Under the pieces are notes generated by a model, which saw only the letters and a list, made by a program, of their open reading frames with translations, ran no database searches and was not told where the DNA came from. A DNA stretch of 64,000 nt from contig JAYWIR010000090.1 of NCBI GenBank assembly GCA_036172245.1, positions 1-64,000 of the forward strand, in the 5' to 3' direction. The stretch is from Raillietiella orientalis. Its lineage: Eukaryota. A program made the translations under genes and the position numbers. Position 1 is the first letter of the stretch. Each line of letters starts with the position of its first letter. Of the stretch, positions 12,250 to 26,434 are shown piece after piece.

Positions 12250-13746
12250 ATGGAATTAAGGATCAACATATCGGAAAAGTTGAAGAAGATTGTGCTCAGT
12301 TTTTCAAGTTACCCCATAACATTGCAATCCAAAGTTAATAAAAGTAATTTCGGCGATCATCAATTAGCGCTCACAGTTCAAGAGCTTAAGTGGGTTTGGA
12401 AAAAAATAAATGAATTGAAAATAGATTGTTCATTATATGAAGAATTGTTAGCCAGTGATGTAATCTTACCATTCCCCCCTCCATTGAGTAAAGATCCAGA
12501 GTTTGAAAAACAGATTGTTAAACTGAAAGAAAATCAAAATGAAAGAGAATACCAACGTATGATTTCAAATGTAGTTTCAGAAAAGAATTTTTCTTTTGCA
12601 GATATATCTTGTGAATGTAAGTACTCTTTGGGTTCAGATACTAATGTGTATTAAAGGTTTGTTTACTTTGTTTACAGATTTAGAGATACTTTTCTGCACC
12701 CTTAATAAAAGTATATTTGTAAAATTATTTGAAGATTGGATGTTATCAGTTGTAATTTGTATTCCAATTCTATGAGGCATTTATTCATTGCTTGCTTATT
12801 CCTGCCTTTTTGTTATATTTTTCCGAGTTTTCCACCCATCTCAATTCCTCTAAGACACTAGTTCTAAAGGGTCTTCTCGTCCCTCAAATTCACTATAGAT
12901 TTTTCACTATAATATTAAATTCAAAATCACAAAACAAGACAGCTTTGCCCAATACAATCTTCCATTCACGCTACCAATTAAATAGCTAATTATTATGCTA
13001 CCTTAACACGGTCAAAATACCGCAGCTGTTTAATATACAGTATACAATGTTTAATATCCGAGCAGACCCTACCTTATATCACTCATAAGAAAATGTTTTT
13101 AAGAAACATTTTAAACAAATGTTTGCCGAGTTCCTTGTAATATCCTTACTTCACAACTCAATCTTATTCAATATTCTTGCTAATTAAAACATTATTTCAC
13201 ATAAATTATTATTAATTACATTCAATTCCTATAATACCTTAAAATTTAACATAAATTTAGTATTAAAACCCTATAATAACTACCTCTAAGCCCATAACTT
13301 ACCGCTACCACTTTACATTTACAAAAAAAAACAAGCTTATCCCTGCTCTTTTACTCATTAATAGTTAGAAATGTTAATTTGTCAGCATATCACCTCCAAA
13401 CAAAATTCAACTATACTTTATCACACATAGCAATCACATTTTTTAACTCAGCAACATCCGAACCTACCCTTTTGTTATATTTTTCCGAGTTTTCCTGTTT
13501 CTTGTGTTATTGAGGTATAATTGTATTTCCACTGACTGTTTTTGTTTTTCAGTGAAGATGCTGAATTCTTATTTATTTATAATCTTTCAAATGCTGCTGA
13601 CTGTGGGAGGGTCATTTTGTTTTGGTTACAAGGCTGTTGAATATGCTGTTGGAAGCACCAATATGATAGCTCAACTTTTGATTGCTTTATTGTTAAGTGC
13701 TTGTGTATTTATAGCAGACTTATACTTTATAGTGAATTACTGTTGA
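12250..13746 (+). CDS. TMEM199: V-ATPase assembly factor TMEM199/Vma12 (exons 12250-12616, 13553-13746)
   Basis: LPFPPPLSKDPEFEKQIVKLK...NEREYQRMISNV followed by two hydrophobic segments ending ADLYFIV. The phase-1 GT-AG intron joins the exons in frame. Confidence 0.88.
12808..13495. repeat. 26-bp perfect direct repeat flanking the NUMT (12808-12833 and 13470-13495)
   Basis: ttttgttatatttttccgagttttcc occurs at both edges of the 16S insert. Confidence 0.9.
12834..13469 (-). pseudogene. rrnL: Nuclear copy (NUMT) of part of the mitochondrial large-subunit (16S) rRNA gene
   Basis: Reverse complements of conserved animal 16S motifs occur in the correct order: GACGAGAAGACCCT (12868-12881), ATTATGCTACCTT..CACGGTCA..ATACCGC (12992-13023) and GGAACTCGGCAAA (13122-13134). 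The + strand is strongly G-poor. Confidence 0.9.
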
Positions 13747-16696
13747 ATTATAAATGGGAAACAGTTGATTGTTCATTTTACTTTACTATGGATTTTTATG
13801 ATGGGATTATCCATGAACTAAAGTTCATGAAGAATGAAATTGTGTACTAGTCATGTAACTTTTTAACAAAGTCAAATCTAAAATGGTTATGAAGATCTAT
13901 GAAATAGATGAAACTGCATGGTTCATTAAAATGTATCTTAATTAATTATGCAGCATAGCAAAAAACCACCCTAATCACAGTAAAAAAATTAAAAAAAAGG
14001 AGCAGAAGATGGGATATTTTTGTGTATTTAAGGAATTGTAGTTCTTATTTGTTTATCATGCTTAATTGAGGAGAATTTTTTGACTAGAATGCTGATACTC
14101 CAAAAAGATAAATTTGTCCTTGCATCTAATATTTTATTGAGTTTATTTGTTATGCTTAGTTAATACTTTATGATTGAATCTGTAAAGAAGATAGCTCAGA
14201 GTCAACAATTTTCTGGCAAAGATTGTTTTGTTTTTCTGAAACCTGTTAAGGTTCTCATAGTTATTCTAATTATTAAAGTAAATAAATAAAATTGTGACAG
14301 AAGCCTACTTAAAACTAAGTGTTCTATAGCAAAGTGTTCAGGTTAATGTTGATTGCAGATGACTTCAAAATATGATAAATAAAAAAATATTTCATGTAGA
14401 TCATTCTCATATCCTGAGGACCTAGTTTGTCCCCACTCATCATTGTTCCTAATTTTCTTCCTTGATTCTTCTGGCTCCATGAAGGCAATTTAATCTGTTA
14501 ACGTTACTGAACAAATTCGATTGAGCTATTTTACATTTGTGTGGGGGCTTAAAAACAAGCTTTATTTTTGACTTTTGAAGGGAAGTTTAGGTGTTGTGTA
14601 TTTGTTTGATATTCATCACATTTGTTACTATTTCAAGGGACAGGACACAACAGGTATTGCAGCATTTTCAGGATGTTAAAAGGATTGTCAAATGCATGTA
14701 TTCTCATATAAGAATTCTATTATCAGCCTTAATATTTCTTCACACCATTATGTGTGACAGTTAACATGTACTGAACGCTGGACCAGATGAATATATGTAC
14801 AAAAAAAAGTTGGAAACAGAAACTGGAAAATCCAAAATTAAGATCCATGGATATGCATGTAGCAGCTTCAACATTGGGACATTTCACAGTGAAGCAGATG
14901 GTTGTCATTATTGTTATTCTAAGCAATAAAAATAAATGCCATTAGGTTTTTGTGAGCTTCTTTTATGAGCTGTTTTTTTTTCTCGAGAATAGCATTTATA
15001 ATATGGCAATGTGATATTTATGTAGCATGCATAACTGATGTTTGCTTGTTTTTGCCTAACAGAATAAAAAAAAATTATTGATAGAAATTTTAACATAACT
15101 CAAAAGGTAAACATTTTGACTGTTTGTAACGTGAATGTTGGTACTGTTGATAAATTTTAATGGTTTTCAATGAGGAATATGCCTCAACATACTTTTGAAG
15201 TATAAATGTTCTATATAATGTTGTATTTGATTAGCAACTACACTTTTTACTTTTCACTTAGTTCTTAATCATTCTTATAAGAAATTTTAATTATGCCCAT
15301 CAGCCTTTACTGAATTATTTAATATTTTTTATCAATCTTCTAAACTTTTGTGATATACGTAAATTCAAGTTAGAAACAGAAGCATGCAAATGTATATCAT
15401 TCATATTCTAATTAAAGGTGATTATAACATTGATGCTAGATGTTTCAGAATTTATTCTAGCACATAAGATAGCAAGTACCAGAAAGTGTCTACTTTAATC
15501 TAGACTTAAAACTGTTCTGTAAATTAAAAAGAGTATATGAGAAAAAGCCTGATCTTTGAGTGATTGTAAACAAATTGTCCTCTTATCTGTCTGGTATATG
15601 AGATAGTAATGGAATATGAATTCTAATATTTCTCATTCCATTAAAAAACATCTCACTTTAGGCAATTTACATTTGGTTGTTCTCATTTTTTACATGTAGC
15701 ATTAAAAAAAAAATTCCTGAACTTAGCTTAAAGCTACTGATTTGCATTCCTTCAGCAAACTTCACTGCATTCATTTTCCTTTGTTCATATTAATTTGTCA
15801 CCGGACAATAACAATTCATACTTTTGCCAATAATATTTTTGGATTAAAGCATCAAATTACAAAGCTGCTTCATAAATCTGCCCATCTTACCAGTGATTTG
15901 ATTCATCATAAAAGCTATTTATTCTTTTGCAGCTTAATTGTTTAGGAAAGTAGCTCAAGAAATCATTTATGCTATAATTTGCTTAAGGCTTTAGACTTAA
16001 GTGTTTTGACTCATTTGCTTGTAGCTGTAACACAATTGAACATTGTTGAAAAAATGAGCTTTTCACAAACACCATCAAGTTTTCAGATTCAGCAACATTA
16101 TGAATTTATAAAACATTTTTTATCCAATATTGTTGGCTAAGTGATTTTTTCCTTAATTCTCATATTTATTCTCACTTGCTGAGGTAACAAATTGAAAAAC
16201 ATGATCATAAGTAAAATGCTAAGCATGAGAAGTATTAATGTTTGTATTGAAAGCAAAAGTTTATTGAAGTGCAGGTTTAACATTAAATTCTGAAACGTAA
16301 TTACAGTAATAATGTAGTGTGCATCAAGTTCTACACACACAAAAATGGCCTCATTAGAAATGAGGCTCTGTTGGAGTGAAGCTGTGCATAAATGTGCAAG
16401 TTTAGAATTTTCAACACCATATGAAGTGCAAGAAACTTGTAAAATATCATTGAAAGTACCTTTCTTTTCACCAAATTTGTTGGAATATCTGCAATACGCT
16501 GAAAACCAAGTGAGGAAAGGCAAATAAATTTAGGGTATTGTCCACATCATTCTGTTTAATAATTAAACTTTACATATAAACAATGTGGCATAAAAAACAC
16601 TACTTCAAACTGTTACTGCAGAAATCATGTGAAACATTCTTTAAAAGCTTTTCGGCACTAATGATTGAACCTAGATTATTTGGTTACATACAAATT

Positions 16697-16839
16697 AAAA
16701 TAAAGAATCATGCATTTTATAAAAGAAAACCTATAATAGATGTTCACAGAAAAGTTCCCTTTTGTGAACATTCGCTTTTCTATGAACATTTCTATGAACA
16801 TATATTTTTTCTCTTTTAAAATGCATGATTCCTTATTTT
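16697..16839. repeat. ~143-bp imperfect palindrome (MITE/foldback-like)
   Basis: Left arm aaaataaagaatcatgcattttataaaagaaaa matches the reverse complement of the right arm, aaaataaggaatcatgcattttaaaagagaaaa. An inner atgttca/tgaacat pair is also present. Confidence 0.65.
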
Positions 16840-17399
16840 GCTATAATGTACATTTTAAATGTCTACTTTAAAAGCTAAAAGCCATGAAAAACAAATTGAA
16901 GCGGAAAATCACAAGTATACAAAAATTCTGGTCAAGCCTTTCAACTGTGTATGCAACAGAACATATCTTATCGATACGATGGAACATGGGTAGAATAAGA
17001 ACACTGTTACTTCTGTGCTGGCAAGGAATACATATGTTATACTAATCCTTAGCATAGCTTTTCTTAGACAATGCAAAAGCATGCCACTCACCACCGTACT
17101 CTTGCGCACTGCAATCCAAGCTTACAGAACCAAAGTGTTCCGTAAAATTTATAAGAGTAATGGAATTTTTATAGGCTAGGGAAATATTTTACTGGAGACG
17201 AAACTTTTTTTTCAATTTTGTTAATGGCAAAACTGTGTTCCCTGAGTGTGTTGGAATATAAATTTGTTACTGCCTTCAAACCACTGAACAGTTTCAGAAA
17301 ACTGAAATTTAAGCTTATAATGAGAATTACGTATACAAAGTACTTCTAAATTATATAATTTAATGGTATATAAAAATTACATTTTAATTTGCAGGAGCA

Positions 17400-19100
17400 T
17401 AAGTTGCTTTGTTTTTAAGGCTGTCAAATAAAAGGCCTCGATCATCACTACTTTTCAATTAACCTAAAAATATGTGATCAGAAATCAGTGATTAGTTGTG
17501 ATACCAGCATTGTTCAGTATAGACCTTTTTTAAATATCAAATCCCTTATGTGTACACGTCTTATATGTTAAATTGATTGTAAAAATACTTCCTTGAAGCA
17601 GACTTTGAGACCGCTTATAAACTACATATGCGAAAGCAGATGTTAATAATGGCCGGCTTACAAGTAAAGAAATCCGATAGAATTAAGTCTGGTCTGTGAA
17701 AGCACTTATGCTTTCAAATGTAAATAGTATTTTTACTGCGGCAATCAAATCCCCGCTACAACATTTAAAGGCATTTTTTTCGATTATGCTTTATGAAAAT
17801 ATTCATCATGGAAAAATCTGAAAAAACTAGTTTGCTTATATTATACAGAAAATCATTTAATTATTGTGGAGCAAATTCAAGAACCTCTTTCTCATGGTTT
17901 CTCATGTTCCCAATCTCACCTAAAATTTCAGTTTTAGCAAACATTGGAATGCTTTCACTTCAGCTTTTAAATTTCTTGAACATCCAAACTATTCTGGAGA
18001 CTTCCACATTGGGTGTTCTTAAGTCTGCCCCTGTTGATCAGTTTAAAGTTTGATTAAATCTAACACTTCTGGAATTCGTTATTGGTATCTTCATTTTCCC
18101 TCAAGGTGGTGGTACCACGATTAATTCTTTTACATTCCATGTTCTTAGATTTTAAAATATATTTAAGAGATAGCATTTTACAAATGCATCGCTTTCCTTG
18201 AAAGTGTTTGATGCATCATACTGATCTATTTTTTCCATTATATAAGTTTTGCTAAATAATACTTTCTTTAAGTATCATCAAGACAAATTAAAAATTGAAC
18301 CGAATTTATCCCCTTCCTTATGGTTCATTAAAAGGCAATGACAGGAAGACAGTTCTTTCTAGAAGAAACTTTGAGCTTATACTTGCAGCATTGAAAGGAA
18401 TTTCATTAGAAGTCATTTGAAAATGTTTCGTTTGCTTTGCTATAGAAAACAACCATATCTGAGATTCAAATCATCTTTCAACAAGCGGTGACATCTTGTT
18501 CAATTCTGATTGAGCACTGCCATAGCACACTGTTTTCCATATTGCTTGATCTGAAGCTAAGAATGTTTTCCACTTTTAAAAACTGTTATTTTCAAGTTAT
18601 GCATTTTCAAAGTAGCTTCGCTCCATCAGACTCAGAAATTATTCTTTATTGTAATCTTCCTTATAAAGAATTCCTTAATGTGGCTACAAGATTAATCCGA
18701 AAATATGTCATTCCCTTTCAGTTTTGCATATTAAGTGATTATCCTCTTGTAAGACACCCATACTTTTAATATAATAGTCCATTCAGATGATGGGCCGAAT
18801 TCCTTTCATCTTCAGGATATAGGAAGATAGGCAAACTTGTTTCGAATCTTTTCTTTTTTGATTTTGGACTTCATTTTTCAAGTTTATGATGCATTGAGAA
18901 TTCATAAAATCACTTTCAAATAGATTGGACGGTCATTATAGACCATTCTAAGAATAACCAACTATTTCTTTCTGGAGCACTGTCTGGAAGTTTTTCGTTC
19001 TTTCAAATATGTCTGAAATGATATGCACACAACGAAGTAGACTGTTCATTGTTAGTTCCTACATTAAATATAATTGTTATTAGAAGTTAGACATCAGCAT
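17400..19100 (-). mobile_element. Possible highly degenerate DNA transposase remnant (hAT-like)
   Basis: Scattered minus-strand peptides (SDGAK, AVKILFTFESI) resemble hAT motifs, but there are many stops. Weak call. Confidence 0.25.
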
Positions 19101-20639
19101 TTTGAATTTTAGGAGGGAATATTAATTTCAAGTTATGTGTGAAATTTTGTACGCTTTTGTTTTGGAGTTTTTTGTGGAAAATCATGCTTCGACATCTGAT
19201 GTAGAAATCTGATACAATGGGATGCTAATTCATTAGCTATAGTCAGATCTATAAACTCTGCTTGTTTTACAGAATTTCATTGCTAGAAAATGCTATTTCA
19301 CGATTCCGATTCCATTGAGAAATCAAACTGGCATAGATAAATTCTTCTTGATACCCCTATGGCTTTCTTTGATTTTTATTCGACTTATCAAATCACAAGT
19401 TTTGTTCACTTGAGTTCCTTAACAAAAAACCACAATTTATTATTCTACGAAATAGGCGTATGAAAACCAATACTTCGTACTACTCAATGTCATTTTTATT
19501 TGCTATTCTTTCCAGACCTTCATTACATTTTATCATTCTAATTACCTTATTTACATTTGGGCATCAATTGTATTAGTAAGTTTAATCTTGTTAACACTTA
19601 CTTGTTTCAAGTATGTCTTGGTATGACACGTTATTTTGTTCATAAATATATGCAAATATCTGTTTGCAAACACGATACAAATAGAGCGATGCTTTCAGTA
19701 ATTTGAACAAAAGTTTATAGAAGCTATTAAAATTATTCATTGGGAACCATATTCCTGACGTCATGTTACATAATTATTTGAGACTGAAAGGGAATGACAT
19801 TTTCGTACTTATAGTCGCATGCAGATATAAAAAGCATTGAAGATAGGTAACTTATCGATGGAGAAAAGTCCACGAGTATTGTAATTAGAGGACAATATTT
19901 ACTATTAATATTTTCATTATGTAAGCCATAAAGAGAGAATCAACATATGTAGGTTTTGGTTTGTTTCGTGCTTACAATGTATTTTATGGAAATTTGAAAG
20001 CAACTAAATTTTCCAGACAACTTTTTTCGATTTTCCTAAACGTAGACATCTGTATGAAAGTGAATGCCATAAACGATCCATTATGGAGCATAATACTCGA
20101 TTACTCGATCGTACTTTACTTAAGTAACATTTTTGTTAAACCTCGAGAGTTTAATAACCATTTATTCGTAGGATTTGTCAGGTTTAGTTTCGCCTGTGTC
20201 ACAAGTGTTTAACCAATTGATAAATGCAAGACTAGCCATAAGTAATGAGTTGTGTGGATTGAAACCGTAAGCGTAAAATGTTTATGAATAAACCATACTA
20301 ACATGTTTTTACGAAGCAGTAATGGGTTATTCAAAAAACACTGGTGTTTCACTGGAGAAATAAGTGGTGCAGTGATTCTTTTCAGTTAAAGTTATAAAAA
20401 ATTGATGTACAATACTACTGTTTTGTTTTCCAAATATTACAAGAAATGTGTACCAAACTGAATAAATGTTTCAAAATGCAAAGCATCCTGTAACCTTAGA
20501 CAAACTAGTCACACATGTATCCAATAGAAGAGATAAAAGAATAATTAAAGTTCTGAATGCGATAATTACAGAGCAAAATCAGTTAAATGATTAGTGGACA
20601 TGACATATGTCATGATAGTGATGTGCCTTCCTTCAAGGA

Positions 20640-23219
20640 ATGACCGCTCGACAAAGCAATAATATTTTAAGTAGGAAAAGAATACAGGTAATTCAATTCT
20701 TAAATGGATTGCTATTCAAGTAATAACGTTTTTTTGTTAGCCGGACCGAAAGTAGGTAACAAAATGTTTTCAGACATTTGAAAGAATAATCATTGTACAT
20801 TTTTTTCTTTTAAATGTTACTACTGTAATGTTAATTGGTTTTTTTATTAGGTTTCGTTTGTTATACGTGATGAAGAAGAAAGATGGCATCATTCTGGCAT
20901 TAACTCTTTGCAGTATGATCCTTCATTGAAAAGATTGTATACAGCTTGTCGAGATTCAATCATACGAGTATGGAACACCAAAACTCAGAAGGATCCTTAT
21001 ATTTTATCTATGGAACATCATGCAGACTGGGTTAATGATATTGTGTTATGTTGTGGAGGCAGACATTGTAACTATTAATGAAAATTCATGAAAAATAATG
21101 CATTTTTTGTAGTAATATCTGCCAGTTCCGACAGCACAGTGAAAGTATGGAATGCTCACAAGGGATTTTGTATGTCAACACTACGTACACATCATGATTA
21201 TGTAAAAGCTTTAGCATATGCCAAAGACAAAGAGCAAGTTGCAAGTGCAGGTTTGGATAGAGCCATTTTTCTTTGGGATATTGCCACTCTGACTTCATTG
21301 ACATCAAATAACAATACAGTAACTAGTAAGATTATTCTTTGTTGTATCAAACATCAATTACTCTCAGCATCTTCTTTGAGTGGAAGCAAAGACTCTATTT
21401 ATTCTTTGGCAATGAATCCTTCAGGGACCATATTGCTTTCTGGTTCTACTGAGAATGTGATTCGTGTTTGGGATCCAAGGACATGTGTCAAATTGTTCAA
21501 ACTGAAGGGTGAGAGTGAACCAAAGTTTTGTAATTTATAGTCCATGATGGCCTAGGTCACTCAGAAAATGTGCGAGCTCTGCTTGTGAATCATGAAGGCA
21601 CTCAGTGCTTGAGTGGTAGTTCAGATGGCACAGTGCGTCTATGGAGTATTGGCCAGCAACGATGTTTGCTCAAATTCAAAGTTCATACTGATGGTGTATG
21701 GGCACTTCAAGCTAATGATGCTTTTAACAAAGTGCTGAGTGGTGGAAGAGATGGGCAGGTTTTCTTGACTGACCTACGGGAACCTGAACATTCTGTTCTC
21801 TTGATTATGGAAAATGCTTCAATATTGAAAATGCTACTGACTCCTGATGGGAATCATTTATGGCTGGCTACTACAGATTCTTCTGTTTACTGTTGGGTAA
21901 ATTGCTGATGTACAAATGCTTTGCTGGATTGTTATTTGTAGCCCCTCAAAAACAAGTTAAATAAACCTGGAAATGGTGTTGATGTTTATAGCAGCCAGCC
22001 ATTCATTAGTCAACCAGAAATGGTGATTCAAGGTGGTACTAGCATTTTAACTTACCAGGTGCTCAATGACAAACGACATGTGTTAACCAAGGATTCAAGT
22101 GATAATGTGAAGCTGTATGATGTGTTGCTGGTCAGTGGCTGCATATTTGATCAGATAAAGTGAACAATGAATTCAGGCTCGTAAGATTGAAGATTTGGGT
22201 CTTGTTGATCTGGAAGAGGAAGTGCAGAAGCGTTTTCGAATGGTCTATGTACCCAACTGGTTTTCAGTAGACCTCCGCACTGGAGTAAGATGAGAATAAC
22301 CAAATCTTATTACTTGTTATGTTGCAGATGCTATGCATCCATTTGGCCCAGGATGAAAATGACTGTTTTTCTGCTTGGGTGTCTGCACAAGAATTGGGAA
22401 TTCCAATGGAAGATGGTATTGATCAGAAAGGTGAGTCAGCAAGTCATTTGAGAATATTACTATGATTGATAAATAGTCAATTATGGCAGTATGTTGCTGC
22501 AGGCTCTTTTGGAACACTGGCCACGTACTTTCTTGGAACGTGATCAGGAGAATGTTGAGCCTGATTGCTGTTCCAGAGATAATCACAGAAAAGCCATCAA
22601 TGGGACACTAAGGAAGGGTGGCAATGACTTTTTTAGTATTCCAGGACATACACCTGTTATATTCAGGTAAACACTGTCAATATAAATGTTGATTATGCTT
22701 TTCTAGTGAGGTTGGCAGCAGGACTTTGTATCGCTTACTATGTCAAGATGCTGGAGGAGAAACAGAACAGTTATTGCTAGCTGAAATGGTACCATCATGG
22801 GTTGTAGATGTTGTTGTTGATCACAGTATTCCACGCTTTAATAAAATTCCTTTCTATCTGATGCCCCATTCTTCTTATCTTCCCAAAAGCCTCAAGAGGT
22901 AATCTTTGTAAAGTTGTACCAATATTTATATGCTTCCAACCACAGGGACAGACTGATTGCCAATGATTTCATCCAAATTCGAAAAGTATGTGAACACGTT
23001 CTAGAAAAGGTGTTAGGATCTGGATCAGATACAAGTTCAAATTTTGCTCATCCTAATGGAGAAGGAGACAGGAATGAATGTACACTAAGTCCTGAAGAGA
23101 AAGTAGAACTGTTGTGCCAAGAACAAGTACTGAATGCTAATATGGATTTGCGAACTGTGCGTCATTTCATCTGGAAATCTTCTAGTGATCTTTCACTTTA
23201 CTATCGGCCCATTAAATAA
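20640..23219 (+). CDS. WDR48: WD repeat-containing protein 48 (UAF1), multi-exon
   Basis: Exon 1 (20640-20687) [16 protein letters not shown]; then [10 protein letters not shown]..., [50 protein letters not shown] and [22 protein letters not shown]; ends TAA. Confidence 0.96.
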
Positions 23220-26200
23220 CAATAGAGAATTTTTTCTAATTTAAGATTAAGTCTCAATAAGGTGGGAGATGTATAATTGCATCATTCAACTACCACCAGT
23301 TAATAAATTAGATCACTTTTATACTATGTGGAAGATTTTAACGTAATTTTTCACAAAACTTATCAGTTGCTACCTGCATCAACATTTTTGAAGCATGTGT
23401 CATGTTTGTGATCTCATATGAAATACTTCATTTCAGCAATTCATGCTTTTTATTTGTACTCCGATTATTTCATTCCAGCTTTATACAACCTATTATTCTG
23501 CCCTGAATGAATAATTAATATTCTTTTAGTTTCCCTTATTGTGCATCTTTAATAAGTTGAAAAGTCTCAAAATTGAAATTCATGTTTACTCAACATAGTA
23601 TGGGATTGACAAAAAAAAATCTAATTGAAGCATGTCTATTCATAACAGTTAATCATGTAAATGCTTTACAATCAGCAAATTGCATCAGAGAAATTGCTTG
23701 GTGTATTTACATCTATGTATAACATATTCATGTTTAGGGCAAGGTTTAATGCTGAAAAACTAAATCCATAATGGTGATTTTGAAATTTTTTTCTTCATAA
23801 AATTCAACATCAGAGTGAAGATTGAATACATTAAACAATTGACTCTCAGGTCACTCGGTTTTCCTACATGAACAGAAATTCCAATTGTTTGTTTTCAAAT
23901 TTCACTTTAGTTTTATTTTTCAAGCAAAATATGTAATTCGCATTTGAAACATGCTTTGCATTCGTAAGCTCACCTATTGATGGAACATTAATATTTATTT
24001 GCAAAAGCGATGTCTCAAGATATGAAATGCAAACTAATGACAAAACCATTTTGTTTCAGCAGCTGGAGCTGATGCATTCTTTAAAATTCCCTTTGTAGTG
24101 CTTCTTTTTGAAATGTAATGAATGATTTCAATTGGCAGGGTCATTAATGCATTTTGAATGCATTTCAGCCTTTGTTATCGTAAAAGAATGTCAGTTGTAC
24201 GATTATACAATCGTTTGCTGGAAAAGCATCCATTCAAAGTACAGTGTTTTCAGACAGGTAAGCAAATACATTAATAATCACTCCTATCAGTATTAGTGTC
24301 CTATAACTATTTGATTATTTTACATATGAGTTTCTGCAACTTATCTGAGAATTTATTTCCTTTGGACTAGTTTTTAATGTGATTGAAACAGTTCCACATT
24401 GGCAGATCAAAAATGAATGGCTTGTTTGTGAATACATCATTTATAAATTAAATTGTTCTATAGCAAATAATGAAAAACATTTTGCGAACACCGAGATTAC
24501 CAAGCATGAAACTATGTTTGAGCAAGCTTATATGCTACTTAATAATAAAGATGTGTAATGTTTTGCTCAATAATCACGCAACGTTTTCTTTCCCCGTTAT
24601 CAAATACCTTACAGTGTAATGATGAACTGATGTCTGATCATTAATCAAAATACCAACATGTACGAAGAAACAATGCACACAAAAGAAACTACACACTAAA
24701 AAGGGGAAGTATTTGTAGTTGATCTACCTACCCTTGATGCCTACCCAAGAAGTGCAATACGAGTTTTCCAGCTTTAATGCTTTTAATTTTGGCATTCAAA
24801 TTTTCCAATGACGGTGATTTTATTTTTTTAATGCAGGAGTGGGATACGGCTGAATTGGTGTAATTCGTTTCCTCGTACAGTTTTTCTAGATTTAAACCTA
24901 ACCAGAGCGCTAACTGCCACTCGCTCAGTGAACTTACCTTATGGGACAAAGTCTAAGGAACACATGACCATAACGGCTAAAAATTCATAAACCCTCTGCA
25001 AGTATGCAGTCAGTCGTTTGTCTTGAAGTTAGTAGTCAGAGTATTGCGAAAAAGTCTATGCCGCCTTTATAGGTTATGTATACTCTTGTCTCATTGAGTT
25101 CTCATAAAACTTATGTGAGAACTGTAGGTCATTAAGTTTTTCTATCAAATAGTTATGCATGCATTATGAGCTTGTTTCACGACCAAGGCTTTTCTGAAAT
25201 TCGTGGAAATCACATTGCTAAAAAGAAACGTAATTTTTCAATACCTCTTTCCTAAATGAAATTTGAAGAAACTGCAATGAATTATATTTTGCCTGTCGAA
25301 GCTAACCATAAGCACGGATATTAATATATTATAAGTATATTATCATAACGTGATGTCCTACATTGTTTATACTCAGTTTAACGAATGTGATTAAAGTTTT
25401 TATTAAACGATCCATAACGAAGTCCACGATTATTTTTTGGATCATATTGTGAGAACAAATAGCAGTAAGAGATAAGAAATCCCTCACAGAGGAATATCTG
25501 CGTGAGAGTCACTGAAAGCGTTCTCTTTTGTGATTATTATTGCATTCTTTCACTGATGAACAACTTGCTGGGTAATTGATCTATATGCGTTAAGCTAAAC
25601 ATAAATACTTTATAAATGCAGTGCATTTAGACGGTTTTTATTATTTGTTCTTCGATCACTGACTTTGCGATGGGTGCAGTTGATCGAATTAGTTTTTTGT
25701 GATCTGTTCTGGACTTCGAAATCATTGTAAACCCAAATGCCAAAATACCAAAGTCGAAATGATAGCATCTCCACCTAAAGACTTATTTAAGAAGTAAGGA
25801 AACCTTTGATCTCGATCCAAAAGGTTTGGGAAATGCAACAGTTGATATATTTTGAAGCTATTTAACGTACTTTGTTGATTAAAAGATCACGTCGCCATTT
25901 GCTTTAGTCAAATACAAACAAGTGTTTTAGTCAAATAGTTAAATCTATAACGAGTTGAAAAAACGTATTACGCAAGTTTCCATTAATTAATCGAACAGAC
26001 AATCGATGAAGATTTTGGAAGTGATGTATTGAAATTAATTCCGATTCAGCTTCATTCATAGTCGACATTAAATTTTCATTTTGTCACATAGCAATAATTG
26101 CATGTTCTTAAATTTATGTAATTGTTTAGGAATTGCAAGCGACAATTTTGTCACATTAAAAATGGAATGCAATTGAAGAATAAATTGTTATATCCGAAAA

Positions 26201-26434
26201 TGAAGAATTTGCAATTAAATTTATTTGTTCACACCGAGCACAAAAATTATGAAAGGTAATCAACTTTGGATGTACGATTTACTTGTGAGTCCTAGATAAT
26301 TGATTTGTTGATTTAAGTTGAAATTCAAACCTTTGGGAATATCAAAATACTGTGTTATCAATGAATTTAGTAGAATCCTGTTATCATTAACATTTATTTG
26401 TTAATGTTTCTTTTATACAGTCTTGCTGGCATTA

